A stretch of 64,000 nt of DNA from Octopus bimaculoides (GCF_001194135.2 NC_068986.1:10892294-10956293); one strand, 5' to 3'; shown: positions 11,910-24,682, numbered from the stretch's first letter. The notes: generated from the letters alone by a model not told the origin. Numbers and translations: made by a program.

Positions 11910-12945
11910 TAAGGCAGTGAGTTGGCAGAATCGTTAGCACGCCGGGCAAAATGCTTAGCGGTATTTTGTCTGCTGCTACATTCTGAGTTCAAATTCTGCT
12001 GAGGTCGACTTTGTCTTTCATCCTTTTGGGGTCGATGAAATAAGTACCAGTTACGCACTGGGGATCGATGTAATCAACTAGCCCCCTTCCCCAAATGTGA
12101 GGCCTTGTGCTCCCAGTAGAAAGGATTATTATTATTATTATTATTATTAAGGCAGCAAGCTGGCAGAATTGTTAACATGCCAGGCAAAATGTTCAGTAGC
12201 ATTCCATCTGTTTACGTTCAGAGTTCAAATTCCTCCAAGGTCGATTTTGCTTTCCATGAAATTGCTGGCCTTGTGCCAAAATTTGAAGCCATTACTATTA
12301 TTATTATTATTATTACTGAGCAGGCAGCACACTAGGCAAAATGCTCAACAACATTTGTTTTGGCTGTATACGTTCTGAGTTCAAATTCAACTGAGACTGA
12401 TTGACTTTCATCCTTTCAGGGTCAATAAAATAAGTACCAGTTACATACTAGGGTTGATGTAATTGATTCATCCCCTTAGCCAAAAATTTCTGGCCTTGTG
12501 CTTAAAGTAGAAAGGATCATCATCATCGTCATCATCATCATCATTAAAATAATCATTATTCTTTTCTGCTCTAGGCACAAGGACCGAAATTTCGGGGGAG
12601 GGTGCCAGTCGATTAGATCGACCCCAGTATGCAACTGGTAAATTAAGAATTTATCGACCCCCCAAAAGGATGAAAGGCAAAGTCGACCTCGGTGGAATTT
12701 GAACTCAGAACGTAAAGACAGGTGAAATAGCGCTAAGCATTTTTGCCTGGCATGATAACATTTCTGCCAGCTCAGCGCCTTTAAAATAATCATTATTGGC
12801 TGTAGATTGGCAGAACCATTAGAGCATCAGAATAAACACAGCGAAGTATTTCCTCTATGTTCTGAGTTCAAATCTTGCCATCTCAATTCTCCCTTTTGTC
12901 CTCTCAGCATTTATAAAATTAAGGACCAGTCAAGTATGGGGATTA
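11910..12945. mobile_element. Cluster of about five copies of tRNA-derived SINE family B with (ATT)n tails
   Basis: Head aggc..gagctggcagaatcgttagc, B-box gagttcaaattc, and central gtcgactttgcctttcatccttt.ggggtcgat.aaataagtaccag. Other copies: 3590-3810(-), 4830-5255(-), 19520-20160(-, three copies), 29169-29378, 48480-48580, 50745-51235 (two copies), 52660-52810. Confidence 0.85.
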
Positions 12946-14284
12946 CATCTTAAAATATGTAATCTTCATCTGCGACACTAAAGATGTGGAACCACAACAG
13001 AGTAGAGCACAGCATAGACTGTGCCATTTTATGCTGCATGGTAGCAACAAAATAAACTCCAAAAAATGTGAAATAAACAGAGGTATGACTGTGTGGTAAG
13101 AAGCTTGCTTCCCAACCACAAGGCTCTGGGTTCAGTCCCACTGCATGGTACCTTCAAGTGAGTTCTACTATAGCCTCAAGCTGATCAAAGCCTTGTGAGT
13201 GGATTTGGAAGATGGAAACTGAAAGAAGCCCATCGTGTGTATGTATATACGTGTATGTGTATGTGTGTATGTCCACTACCACATAACTAGTGTTGGTGTG
13301 TTTACATCCATGTAACTTAGCAGTTCAGCAAAAAAAAAAAGTACTGATGTTGATTCATTTAACTAAAACTTCTTCAAGGCAGTGCCCCAGTATGGCCACA
13401 GTCTGAAACAAAAGACGAAAGGTAGAAAAGTTGGGTATAAATGAATAACGTGCTGCGTATTAATGGTCGCTGTATTTGATATCCAAAAATGTCGGTGGTA
13501 GAGTTTGGTTACCAACTGGGGCATGAGGGCACAGACCATTAAAAATCTCTGGTTTCATGCAGTGATTACACACCACTACTACAACAGCTCGTTATTCACC
13601 TTTATTGGGGCAAATGGTATTAGATCATTTCCTGATCATCTCAATTTAGCCATTGTATTCATTCTTTCTTTCTCTCACTACTCTTCTTCTGTTAATCCTC
13701 CACCCAACATGGTCTCTTCTGTTAGTCCCCACCTCCTTCCACTACCACCTTCTCACAATAATAAACATACCCCTTTCGTCCACCCCTCTTAACACCGTGT
13801 TTTAAGCTCAGTTTTGGTCATTAATCCTCTTAGAGCTATAAAGGATCTTTAGTCTTGTGAGTTGACTGGTGGTGGAGCTACTAAAAATACTGGCTCCCAG
13901 TACACTCTGTAAAGTGGTTGGCAAATCAGGCAGAGACGACGTGCAGTTGAGATGATTCTTTGGTCTAGTCGAGAGCAGACAACCTGTCTAGTGCTGGTGC
14001 CATGACAAAATGTACTCAGTACACACTGTAAAGTGATTGGTGTTGGGAAGGGCATCCAGCCATAGAAACTGAGACAACCAAGAGAGAGTAATAAACCTCT
14101 TACAATGCTGGGGAACCACTGTGAAGGATTTTAGTTAAATGTATCGACCTCTAGGACTTTGTTTTTTTTTCCTTAAGCTTAGTATTTATTCTATCCATTT
14201 CTTTTGCTGGACCATCAGGGGCATATATACACTAACACTGGTTGTCTAGTGGGGCGACAAACACAAACACATTACATATATATA

Positions 14285-14480
14285 TATAGGAGAATATACG
14301 AAAAAACAACAACAGACGAGGACAGGTGTATTAGTATGACGCTCGGGAATACGGAAAGTCTTTGACGTTTCGAGCTACGCTCTTCAACAGAAAGAATATG
14401 GAGACAAGGAGAAAAACACGGAGCATATATGGATAATAACAAGTGGAGCAAAACGCATGTCGATGAAAGTTCCTTTAATT
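14285..14480 (-). mobile_element. Penelope-like element terminal fragment
   Basis: gacgtttcg...tcttcaacag is typical of PLE pseudo-LTRs. Similar architecture at 43330-43480 and a partial one at 57015-57190. Confidence 0.5.
14359..14395 (-). ncRNA. Degenerate minimal type I hammerhead ribozyme in a Penelope-like terminus
   Basis: Minus strand: tcttt-CTGtTGA-a-gagc gta gctc-GAAA-CGTC-aaaga. Stem I is 5 bp (tcttt/aaaga), stem II is 4 bp, the palindromic ACGT precedes the GUC site, and core A6 is mutated to T. Confidence 0.55.
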
Positions 14481-14892
14481 CCTACATATATGTTTCAAAA
14501 CAAATGAGGGGCCATTTCACAATGAAGAAAGGGCTGGTGGAGTCATTTATTTCTCTTCAGGGAGATCATAATAAAACATGTAATGTTATTCAAATTATCG
14601 AAAGTTTTAATAACTGAGATAATATTAATATATACATAAAATTATATATATATATATATATATATANNNNNNNNNNNNNNNNNNNNNNNNNNNNNNNNNN
14701 NNNNNNNNNNNNNNNNNNNNNNNNNNNNNNNNNNNNNNNNNNNNNNNNNNNNNNNNNNNNNNNNNNNNNNNNNNNNNNNNNNNNNNNNNNNNNNNNNNNN
14801 NNNNNNNNNNNNNNNNNNNNNNNNNNNNNNNNNNNNNNNNNNNNNTACCAGAAATGCATAACACTGAATAAGCTATTTGTACAGAAAAGTAT

Positions 14893-14929
<37 letters not shown>

Positions 14930-15043
14930 CATACACACACACACAAAGCATGAGAAGAAACATACTAAAGGAAAAAAAAAATCTACTGTCATTTCTAATG
15001 AAAGAAAGTTCAAATTTCACTTTTCTACCAGGTGTTTACTTAC

Positions 15044-15067
15044 AATAATCTAGGTCAAATTTGAAAC
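15044..15067 (-). CDS. Candidate 24-nt micro-exon (G)FKFDLDY, possibly exon 3 of gene A
   Basis: catacag|gtttcaaatttgacctagattatt|GTAAGT. Only the phase-1 frame is open, which matches the exon 2 end phase. Short, so it could be chance. Confidence 0.3.
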
Positions 15068-16019
15068 CTGTATGTTCAGCCATCAGTGTTAACAAAGGAA
15101 AGAAACCAAACACTTATCAGACATACTTTAAAACCTGATCTAGTCTATGTCACACACACTCACACCCCTACAATATTGAATGTCTCTAAGGCTGTAACAG
15201 ACTTTTCATTCAATTTTTTTTTGCTGTCAATCAAACCAAAATATGAAAGAGACATTCTAAAAACTGATATCAACTCCTCAAAAAGGCATTAGTCTGCTCA
15301 GGACCACAGTAGACCACACTTGCTCAAGATGTCACACAAGGGAACTGAACCCAAAACCACATGGTTGCAAAGCAAACTTCTTAACTCCATAACCATGCCT
15401 GCACCTCTATATACACAATGCAATTAACTGAAAGTCTGATTGATAAAGGTGCCCTGATTTCACTAATAAGAACATGGATTTCACAGTTGAAGCTCTAGTC
15501 AGGCTTCAACTGAAAGAATAAGTTTGTGACATGGGAGATATAGAGATATTTGAAAGAATAAGTTTAGATTGAAAAATAATCTTTTATTTTATAAGATTAA
15601 GCCAAGACCAGACTAAACATTACCACAAGTCATATATCTAATGATCTTAGTTTATAGTTGATTCAATATCAGATGAATCCTCACTCTCATGTGGTACCAT
15701 TGTGGCTGTGTAGTAAGAAGTTTGCTTCCCACCCTCAGGTTCTTGGGTTCAGTCCCACTGCATGGCACTTTGAGCAAGTGATTTCCCTATAGCCTCAGGC
15801 TGACCAAATCTTTGTGAGGGGAGTTGGTAGATGGAAACTTGGGCAAGTATCTTTTACTACAGCCTCGGGCTGACCAAAACCTTGTGAGCAGATTTGGTAG
15901 AAAGAAACTGAAAGAGGCCTGTTGTGTATGCGTATGGTTGTCAAGTGGTGGTGGGACGAACAATGTTGGTGTGTTTACATCCCCTTAACTTAGTCCAGCA
16001 AAAGAGAGACAGACAGAAT

Positions 16020-16630
16020 AGGTAACTTTGATAGGTTTCGGCCAGAATAGGCCCAGGCCATGTTTAATTTAACAGCACTACCTGGTTAAGTCTTTTAATC
16101 ATATATGGGGTACCATGGCTCACTCTAGCAAAGAGCTATTACTGTTGGAGACATATCCAGGTGTAGGAGGTTGGTCTAGGATTTTTGAAGGAATTTGTCC
16201 AGTGAACTTTGGAATTTTATGGGATCCGTTTCTGCTTTGACATATTTTGGTATTAAAGAGAGCTGGACCGATTGAGGTAAAGTAGTTGTGACGTAATGTT
16301 GTTAAATGTCTTGGGTTCTATTTTTGTAGTGGGCAGATAGCATGGGGGCCAAGTCTTGGATGGATTTTAAAACTGATGTCAATATCATTTGTACAATATT
16401 GATGAAATATTTTCCACATCACACAAATGATGTAGTGCTCCCGGCGGTGTTGTAGAGAGTAGAGATTGAGTTTTTTTAGTCGACCCCAAATAGTCAATGC
16501 CTGTCATGCCATCTATCTTTCTTGTGATTGACCTCTGGAGTGCTTCCACTTTCATAATGAGTTGCTTCATATGGGAGAGACCACAGTGGGCAAGAAAAAA
16601 AATCAATAGAACTGGGATTGACTCATTCAA
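16020..16630 (-). mobile_element. 3' fragment of a LINE related to 33050-36665
   Basis: The reverse complement resembles 36170-36660, including the 3' end ggtgct.ttaaatta.acatggcctg.gcc. Confidence 0.7.
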
Positions 16631-16819
16631 CTAATAATTCTTCAAGGGGTTGCTCCAGCATGGGCACAGTCTAATGACTGAAACCAGTAAAAGATAAAAG
16701 TCTTATTGATCTCTGTATCTAATAATTGGTGAAGACTTTGTCACTGAGTGTGTGTGAGAGAGACTGCTTGCTTGGACACAAATAACTTCAAGCTGTTTGT
16801 TCAAACAAACATACATTAA

Positions 16820-17083
16820 CCCTTCCGTTAGCAACCCAGCTGGAACTGGAACGACACCCTTCCGTTAGCAACCCAGCTGGAACTGGAACGACTCTGGCTC
16901 TGAGTACAAATGTCTTGTTTTCATAAGTTTTGAATTAAAATCTTCCACCAAACCTTAGACAGAATTTATGTTCCTAAACACTAGCTGAATGATAACTAAG
17001 CTATTTTACTAAATTCTTTGTTATATTTAAAATTAATTGAAAGAAACACAGAACATCTCAACAGAAATATGGTAACAAAAGGG
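16820..17083. mobile_element. piggyBac-type MITE with TTAA TSDs
   Basis: TTAA|cccttccgtta...ggtaacaaaaggg|TTAA, with an internal 37-bp tandem duplication at 16820-16892. Sister copies at 17166-17432 and 48257-48475 (inverted). Confidence 0.8.
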
Positions 17084-17165
17084 TTAAAATATATAATAGA
17101 GAAACAATTCTTAACCNNNNNNNNNNCAAAAGGGTTAAAATATATAATAGAGAAACAATTCTTAA

Positions 17166-17432
17166 CCCTTTTGATATCAACCCAGCTGAAACTGGCTCTG
17201 GCTCTGAGTACAAATGTCTTGTTTTCATAAGTTCTGAATTAAAATCTTCCACCTTAGTTCTGAATTAAAATCTTCCACCTTAGTTCTGAATTAAAATCTT
17301 CCACCTTAGTCACAATTTAGGTTCCTAACAATAGCCTAAAGATAACTAAGTTATTTTACTAAATTCTTTGTTATATTTAAAGTAATTGAAAGAAACACAG
17401 AACATCTCAAAATAAATATAGTAACGAAAGGG
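17166..17432. mobile_element. Second piggyBac-type MITE copy
   Basis: TTAA|cccttttgat...gtaacgaaaggg, with an internal triplication of ttctgaattaaaatcttccaccttag; the right TTAA is absent. Confidence 0.75.
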
Positions 17433-18763
17433 ACCATGCCTGGCCACACACACACACACACACACAAATAACCACACTAACTTATCAAAAGCGTAATGCA
17501 CACACCTACACACTGTGTCCCCCACACATACACACACATGCCCTCACCACCATCCCTGTTAAACCAGTCAACCCGAATTGAAATGGTCAGTTATCTGCTA
17601 CCAACTAAACTGAAGACCCAGTTTTCTGTCTTCTATTTCTGTTTCAATCTGGTTGAGAGGCGGAAATACCAATTAAGTGAATCTACAGTTTTTAAGTTGA
17701 AATAAAGAAAGAAAGAAAGAAAGAAGAAAAGCAATAACAACCTGGGCAGCAGTCAGCTCAACACACACACACACACACACACACTTACACACACATACTT
17801 ACACACACATACACAAATATAATTGCACATAAACACAATTATACACACCACACACACACACAGAGTTTGTTAGGAGGGGGGAGGTCCTGTTTGTTTATAT
17901 TTATTTTCATTTCTTTATTTTCAGGGATGTTTTTTTTTAGATTTTGTTGGGAAAATGAATTTTTATTGACGAGATGAAAAAGTTGTGACTAAGAATAAAC
18001 CAGGAAAAATAACAAAAAAAAAAAAAATTTACAGATGGCGTACTCCTACTCTCTAAGCTGGTCTTCCCTTCGTTGAACCAACATGATCAAAAGGATCCCG
18101 TTGGAACCACCCCCTCCGCCCCCCTCTTTCAGTATTTCCTCTAAAACTAGAGTTTTCCAACGGGTGTAATCTTCCCCACTTCCAAGACTGACTTGAAACA
18201 GATGAGGATGTTGGTGGTGGTAGACATGGTGGAGTTGGTGATGGGGGAGGTGACAATGGTGATGATGGTGGTGGTGGCAGCAGCAATGCTAGTGAAGAAG
18301 GTGGTGATGATGATGCTATGATACAAATTAATAACTTACACAGAGAGAAAATTATAGATTAGGTGTATATCATAAAAAAAAAAGAAAAAAATGAATTTTT
18401 TTTTTTTTAAAGATTTCATTATCAGAAATCAATCACTTTTCTCCGTTTTATTTATTTCACTAATTAATCTGTCCATTTCTTATTTTAGAAATAGTGAAAT
18501 CAACCACATCATCACTATCCCGTAAAAATAAATCTTTCAATTATAACCATTCTCTTCAGGTTATCAATGTTACTTGTGAAGCCCTAAATTTAAAGGTAAC
18601 CCCCCAAGAAGCTTGCTTCTCAACCACATGGCCCCAGGGTCAGTTCCACTGCATAATACCATAAGCAAATCCCTTCTACAATAGCCTCAGACCAACCAAA
18701 GCCTTGTGAGTGGATTTGGTAAACGGAAACTAAAAGAAGCCCGTTGTATATACACACACATGC

Positions 18764-18802
<39 letters not shown>

Positions 18803-19178
18803 TGTGTATGTTTGTCCCCCACCATTGCTTGACAACTGATGTTGGTGTGTTTACATACCCGTAACTTAGCAGTTCGGCAAAAAATACCAATAGAATAAGT
18901 AGCAGGCTTATAAAAAAAAAAGCATGGGGGGGTGGCTCATTTGCCCCAGCATGGCCACAGTGTAATGACAAATAAGTAAAAAAATAAGGGCTTGAAATGG
19001 TGACTGAATGCTTTGTTTCATCGGCTGGAAGGATATCTGTAGTTTAGTGAATTAAAACAGCCAACGAATGTATTGGAAAGCTATTTGATGTTAATAATCC
19101 ATGAAAATAAAGTTTTTAAAAAGGGTGAGTGGTAATTGCATGATGTCCAGACAAGGAGACATGCATGCATACACACAC

Positions 19179-19314
19179 CACTAGTGTAACTGGGGGGATG
19201 GTAGGGGCAGTACGCCCCGGGCGTAGGCTATTGCTGTATGTGATTTCTGGGGGGGACTGGGGGTGGCAAACAGAAGGGCCACCCCAGGCAGCACACACTC
19301 TAGCTACACTAGTG
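19179..19314. mobile_element. 136-bp GC-rich MITE
   Basis: TIRs cactagtgtaact / agctacactagtg (12/13); flanks atacacac(ac) / atacaaac are compatible with an 8-bp TSD. Confidence 0.65.
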
Positions 19315-19503
19315 ATACAAACATACAATTGATGGGCTTTCAGCAGCTGCCTACCAAATCCACTCACAAGGCTTTGATCAATCTAAGGCTGCAGTAAAAG
19401 ACACTTCTGCTACACAGTGGAACTGAACCCAAAATCACTGGGTTGGGAAGCAAACTTCTTAACCACACAGCCATGCCTACCATAAATCCAATTATAGTCA
19501 GTG

Positions 19504-20179
19504 CACACAAACAGAATACTGATTTCAGATTTTTGGCACAAGGCCAGTAATTACACCCACACCCCAGTACTCAACTGGTACTTATTTTATCAACCCCGAA
19601 AGGATGAAAGGCAAAGTCAATCTCAGCAGAATTTTAATTCAGAACATCAAGACGGATGAAATGGCACTTAGCATTTTGCCCAGCATGCTCACAACCTTAC
19701 ACAAACAAAATATTCTTTTCTACTCTACAAGGCCTGAAATTTTTGGAGAGGGAGCCAGTCAATTACATCACCCCCACCCCTCAGTACACAACTGGTACTT
19801 AATTTATCGACCCCAAAAGAATGGAAATCAAAGTCGATCTCAGCAGAATTTGAACTCAGAACATAAAGGCACACAAAATACCGACAAATATTTTTCCTGG
19901 CACACTAACATTTCTGCCAGCTTGTAACCTTACACAAACAAAATATTCTTCTCTACTCTAGGCACAAGCCTGAAATTTTGGGGAAGGGGTCAGTCGATTA
20001 GATTGACCACAGTACACAACTGGTACTTGATTTATTGACCCCCAAAAGGATGAAAGGCAAAGTCAATGTCGGTGGAATTTGAACTCAGAACATAAAGATA
20101 GATGAAATATGGCTAAGCATTTCGCCCAGTGTGCTAACGTTTCTGCCAGATCGCCACCTTAACACACAAACAAAATATT
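19504..20179 (-). mobile_element. Three head-to-tail SINE B copies separated by a repeated 17-bp spacer
   Basis: Spacer (t/c)acacaaaca(a/g)aata(t/c)t at 19504-19520, 19698-19714, 19931-19947 and 20163-20179. Confidence 0.8.
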
Positions 20180-21117
20180 GAAAACATTTGAATAATGGTG
20201 AGCATATATTAAGGAAAAATTACACGAAGATGAATTTTGTTGTGGAATTGACAACCCAATGAATAGTGCACATCTAAGTCTATATATTGTCACAGTTTAA
20301 TGTTCAGCTTCCATACTGGCATCAGGTGGGTGGTTTGACTGAGTGCAACCAGTCAGAAGACTGTTCCATTGATTGGATCAACTGGAACCTTTATCGTCAT
20401 AACCAATGGAGTTACACACACATACACTATAGGCATGGCTCTAGTTAAGAAGCCTCATTTCCAACCAGGTGATCTGGGGTTCAGTCCCACTGTATGGCAC
20501 CATAGGCAACTGTCTTCTATTGTAGCCCCAAGCCAATCCAAATCTTGCGAGTAGAATTGGTAGATGAAAACTATAAGAACACCATCACATATGTGTGTGG
20601 TTGAGAATCAACAGTCATACCTGTTGATGGGAAGATTGATAAGCATATGTGGGCTGGGCTGGGCTGGGTGGGGTGGGGGAGTATTGTCATCGCGTTCTAA
20701 CAGCTACTTTCTCTGCTTGCATGGGTTCAGCTGGAGCTCATGTGGCCAACCCTCACCTGTTACTAAGCGAAATATTTCCCTATGGCTGAACATGTTTTAC
20801 AGGGAAGCTAGGAAACAAGGAGTATTGCTGGTATGATGTTGACTTGTTTTAGAATTAATGCGTAACATAGCAATTAGGAGATATAAACATACAAACATGC
20901 ATGCACACACACACACACAAATACATACGACAGATTTCTTTAGATCTGTCTACAGGATCTACTCACAACTAGCAGGCATTTACACAAAACACCATGCAAT
21001 GAAGCTGAACTTGGAACCTTGCATACATAATATACACATAAAATACATGCATGTATGCATACATATATATATATATATGTGTGTGTGTGTGAATGCAAAA
21101 ATATATAAATATGTCTC

Positions 21118-21473
21118 ATAAAAGGGTAAAGACCCCCTTCAGTCACGAATGACCATAGGATTGCTCCTAGAAAGTTCCCCTCCAAGGCACAAGTTCAGGT
21201 AAGGTTGTTTATGGCATAAGTCCAGGTAAGCAGTCACCCATGCATACCAGCCTCCTTTCTCCATGCTACTGATATTATCCAAGGGAAAGGCAAAGGGGCC
21301 GATACAGCTTGGCACCAGTGATGTCACAACTCATTTCTACAGCTGAGTGAACTGGAGCAACATGAAATAAAGTGTCTTGCTCAAGAACACAACCTACAGT
21401 CTGGTCTGGGAATTGAACTCACAGCCCCACGATTGTAAGCCCCATGCTCTAACCACTGAGCTATGTGCCTTCA
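21118..21473 (-). mobile_element. tRNA-derived SINE family D
   Basis: Minus-strand head tagctcagtggttagagc...gagttcaattccc, body ttgagcaagacacttt...ttgctccag, tail ggggtctttaccc. A related head lies at 46770-47010(+). Confidence 0.75.
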
Positions 21474-21659
21474 GTGTGTGTGTAATAATATGCATACATC
21501 CAGGTACAGGCATGACAGTGTAGTAAGAAGCTTGCTTCCCAACCATATGGTTCCAGGTTCAGTCCCACTACATGGCATCTTGGGCAAGTGCCTTCTACTA
21601 TAGCCTCAGGCTAACCAAAGCTTTGGGAATGGGCTTGGTACATTGAAGGCAAACATATA

Positions 21660-21693
<34 letters not shown>

Positions 21694-22379
21694 NNNNNNN
21701 NNNNNNNNNNNNNNNNNNNNNNNNNNNNNNNNNNNNNNNNNNNNNNNNNNNNNNNNNNNNNNNNNNNNNNNNNNNNNNNNNGGGGGGTCGAAACTCGGAG
21801 TTTTATCATGGCTACTGAATAAGTGTCACATATTTTTACAGATTAATTCCTCTATTTGCATAATATCGAGGTCTCTTACTTTCTTTTGTTGCCATTCCTG
21901 CCAAATATATTATTTATATATATATATATATATATATGTATGCGTGTTGGTGTTTGTCCCCCACCATTGCTTGACAACCGGTGTTGGTGTGTTTATGTTC
22001 CTGTAACTTAGTGGTTTGACAAAGGCATAAAATGAGTACCAGGTTTTGAAAAAATAATAAGTACAGGAGTCAATTCATTCAACTAAAGTCCTTCAAGGCA
22101 GTGCCCCAGCATGGCCACAATCTAATGACCGAAACAAGTAAAAGATACAGAGTGCATTGTGTGTGTGTGTGTGTGTGTATACACACATACACATGCATTT
22201 ATACAAGAATTATATTTATAGATAAATTGTGTTTCTTTTGCCTAGTACAACATGGTTTTTTTTTTCACTCAACAGTCTCAGAAGCCATGCAAAAACATCA
22301 TGGATTGGACACAGAACTTCTCTAGTTAACACACAAACGCCTCTGTGTGTGTGTCTGTGTGTGTGTGATAATCTTCAGC

Positions 22380-22720
22380 AATGGACAGTGACTCCACTTG
22401 AAATATCTTGGGTGGAATCATGAAGAACTACAACTGAATGTACATCATTGATGTCTTCCAATATCTTCACCACTCACCTGCTGTAGTCCAGCCATCAGGT
22501 ATCAATGTTAATCCCTTTTGTGTTAGCTTTAGGTACAATCTTAGAATGCCATCTACTCCGCAACTACTGGTACCACACCAAACCAGTGCACCAATATCTC
22601 AGTTCCTTGCTAAAAAGTTCAGCTTTTCTCTATAATGAAACTGTTCCTCCTGACTTTGTCTTTCCTTGTGATGTTCAGGTGTTGAAGTGTCAGGCTACAC
22701 ATGCATTTTCTTTTTTTTTT
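22380..22720 (-). mobile_element. Old RTE-like LINE C-terminal remnant
   Basis: Degenerate HLNITRKDKVR and LVHWFGVV resemble the RTE thumb-region motifs ILGITRRDKIRN and LRWFGHV. Confidence 0.4.
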
Positions 22721-24648
22721 TTACCCATTTGCACGTGCTTATAACGGCCAGATTACCAATTAGTAAATAAATATAATAAATATAGAAAATCTATTACCTA
22801 ATATGAGGGCATCAGGGCTTTTGTGACACACGGAATTTTGACCAANNNNNNNNNNNNNNNNNNNNNNNNNNNNNNNNNNNNNNNNNNNNNNNNNNNNNNN
22901 NNNNNNNNNNNNNNNNNNNNNNNNNNNNNNNNNNNNNNNNNNNNNNNNNNNNNNNNNNNNNNNNNNNNNNNNNNNNNNNNNNNNNNNNNNNNNNNNNNNN
23001 NNNNNNNNNNNNNNNNNNNNNNNNNNNNNNNNNNNNNNNNNNNNNNNNNNNNNNNNNNNNNNNNNNNNNNNNNNNNNNNNNNNNNNNNNNNNNNNNNNNN
23101 NNNNNNNNNNNNNNNNNNNNNNNNNNNNNNNNNNNNNNNNNNNNNNNNNNNNNNNNNNNNNNNNNNNNNNNNNNNNNNNNNNNNNNNNNNNNNNNNNNNN
23201 NNNNNNNNNNNNNNNNNNNNNNNNNNNNNNNNNNNNNNNNNNNNNNNNNNNNNNNNNNNNNNNNNNNNNNNNNNNNNNNNNNNNNNNNNNNNNNNNNNNN
23301 NNNNNNNNNNNNNNNNNNNNNNNNNNNNNNNNNNNNNNNNNNNNNNNNNNNNNNNNNNNNNNNNNNNNNNNNNNNNNNNNNNNNNNNNNNNNNNNNNNNN
23401 NNNNNNNNNNNNNNNNNNNNNNNNNNNNNNNNNNNNNNNNNNNNNNNNNNNNNNNNNNNNNNNNNNNNNNNNNNNNNNNNNNNNNNNNNNNNNNNNNNNN
23501 NNNNNNNNNNNNNNNNNNNNNNNNNNNNNNNNNNNNNNNNNNNNNNNNNNNNNNNNNNNNNNNNNNNNNNNNNNNNNNNNNNNNNNNNNNNNNNNNNNNN
23601 NNNNNNNNNNNNNNNNNNNNNNNNNNNNNNNNNNNNNNNNNNNNNNNNNNNNNNNNNNNNNNNNNNNNNNNNNNNNNNNNNNNNNNNNNNNNNNNNNNNN
23701 NNNNNNNNNNNNNNNNNNNNNNNNNNNNNNNNNNNNNNNNNNNNNNNNNNNNNNNNNNNNTATATATATATATATATATATACTTTATCTATATATATAT
23801 ATATATATATATACTTTATCTATCTATCTATCTATCTATATATATATACACACACACACATACATACATCTGTCTAAATATATGCGCGCACACACAAATT
23901 CGTATGTCTACAGGAATGTCTGAGAGTGTTGTTTTTTTTTTATCTCGCGACGGTCACTATGCCAATGACTAGAAAAAACGTCTTGCCTTTTACTCCTGTC
24001 AGTCACTGGGCAGCGACCATACTGGGGCACTGCCTTGAAGAGTTCCCTAGAATAAATCGACCCCTATGCTTATTTTCAAATCTGGTACTTATTCTATCGC
24101 TTTCTTTGAGCAAACTGCTAAGTTATGGAGGGCATAGCACCGTTTGTCGAGCGGTGGGGAGGTGCAAAGAGAGACACACGACAAGTTTTCTTCGTTTCCT
24201 TCAACCTGGCAATATTATAAGACACTTGCCGTAAAGGGGCTGAACCCAAAACCACGTGGATGCAAAATGAACTTTTTTAACCATACACCGATGTAGAAGT
24301 ATCCCCATATATCTATAGTGAATTTACATGAGAGAGGCTTTAAACATCCTACAGACAAACCGATGTGAACAAGTTAAGTCGCTATTTGGAGAAGATAGGT
24401 TATGTCCCAAAGGATTAGCATGAAACCTCCCACAGAAAATCTAACGCAGCTAAAGCGGGTATGCGGTTTGTACCGTGTGTGTGTGTGCTTATATGTGCGT
24501 GTGACATGCTAGTTAAACTTCGAACATTTGAAATTTTATAAAAGGAAAGCAGATTTTCTTTTGTTGTAAAAAAAAAAACTCAACTCCGGATACTGAATAT
24601 ACAAGCCAGGATATTGAATAGATTACATTGGATACACACAAGCACACA

Positions 24649-24682
<34 letters not shown>

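Noticed and set aside
18053-18340. Pro-rich 77-aa ORF in unique GC-richer sequence
   Set aside because: Low-complexity CCA/TCA repeats, no consistent splice sites and no recognisable domain; may be UTR or intron.
19504-20179. Repeat-spacer pattern resembling a CRISPR array
   Set aside because: The long units are homologous SINEs of about 200 bp, no cas genes are present, and the context is eukaryotic.
22478-22600. Minus-strand donor cag|GTGAGT with an open frame upstream
   Set aside because: There is no good in-frame acceptor, and the surrounding sequence resembles a decayed RTE C-terminus.
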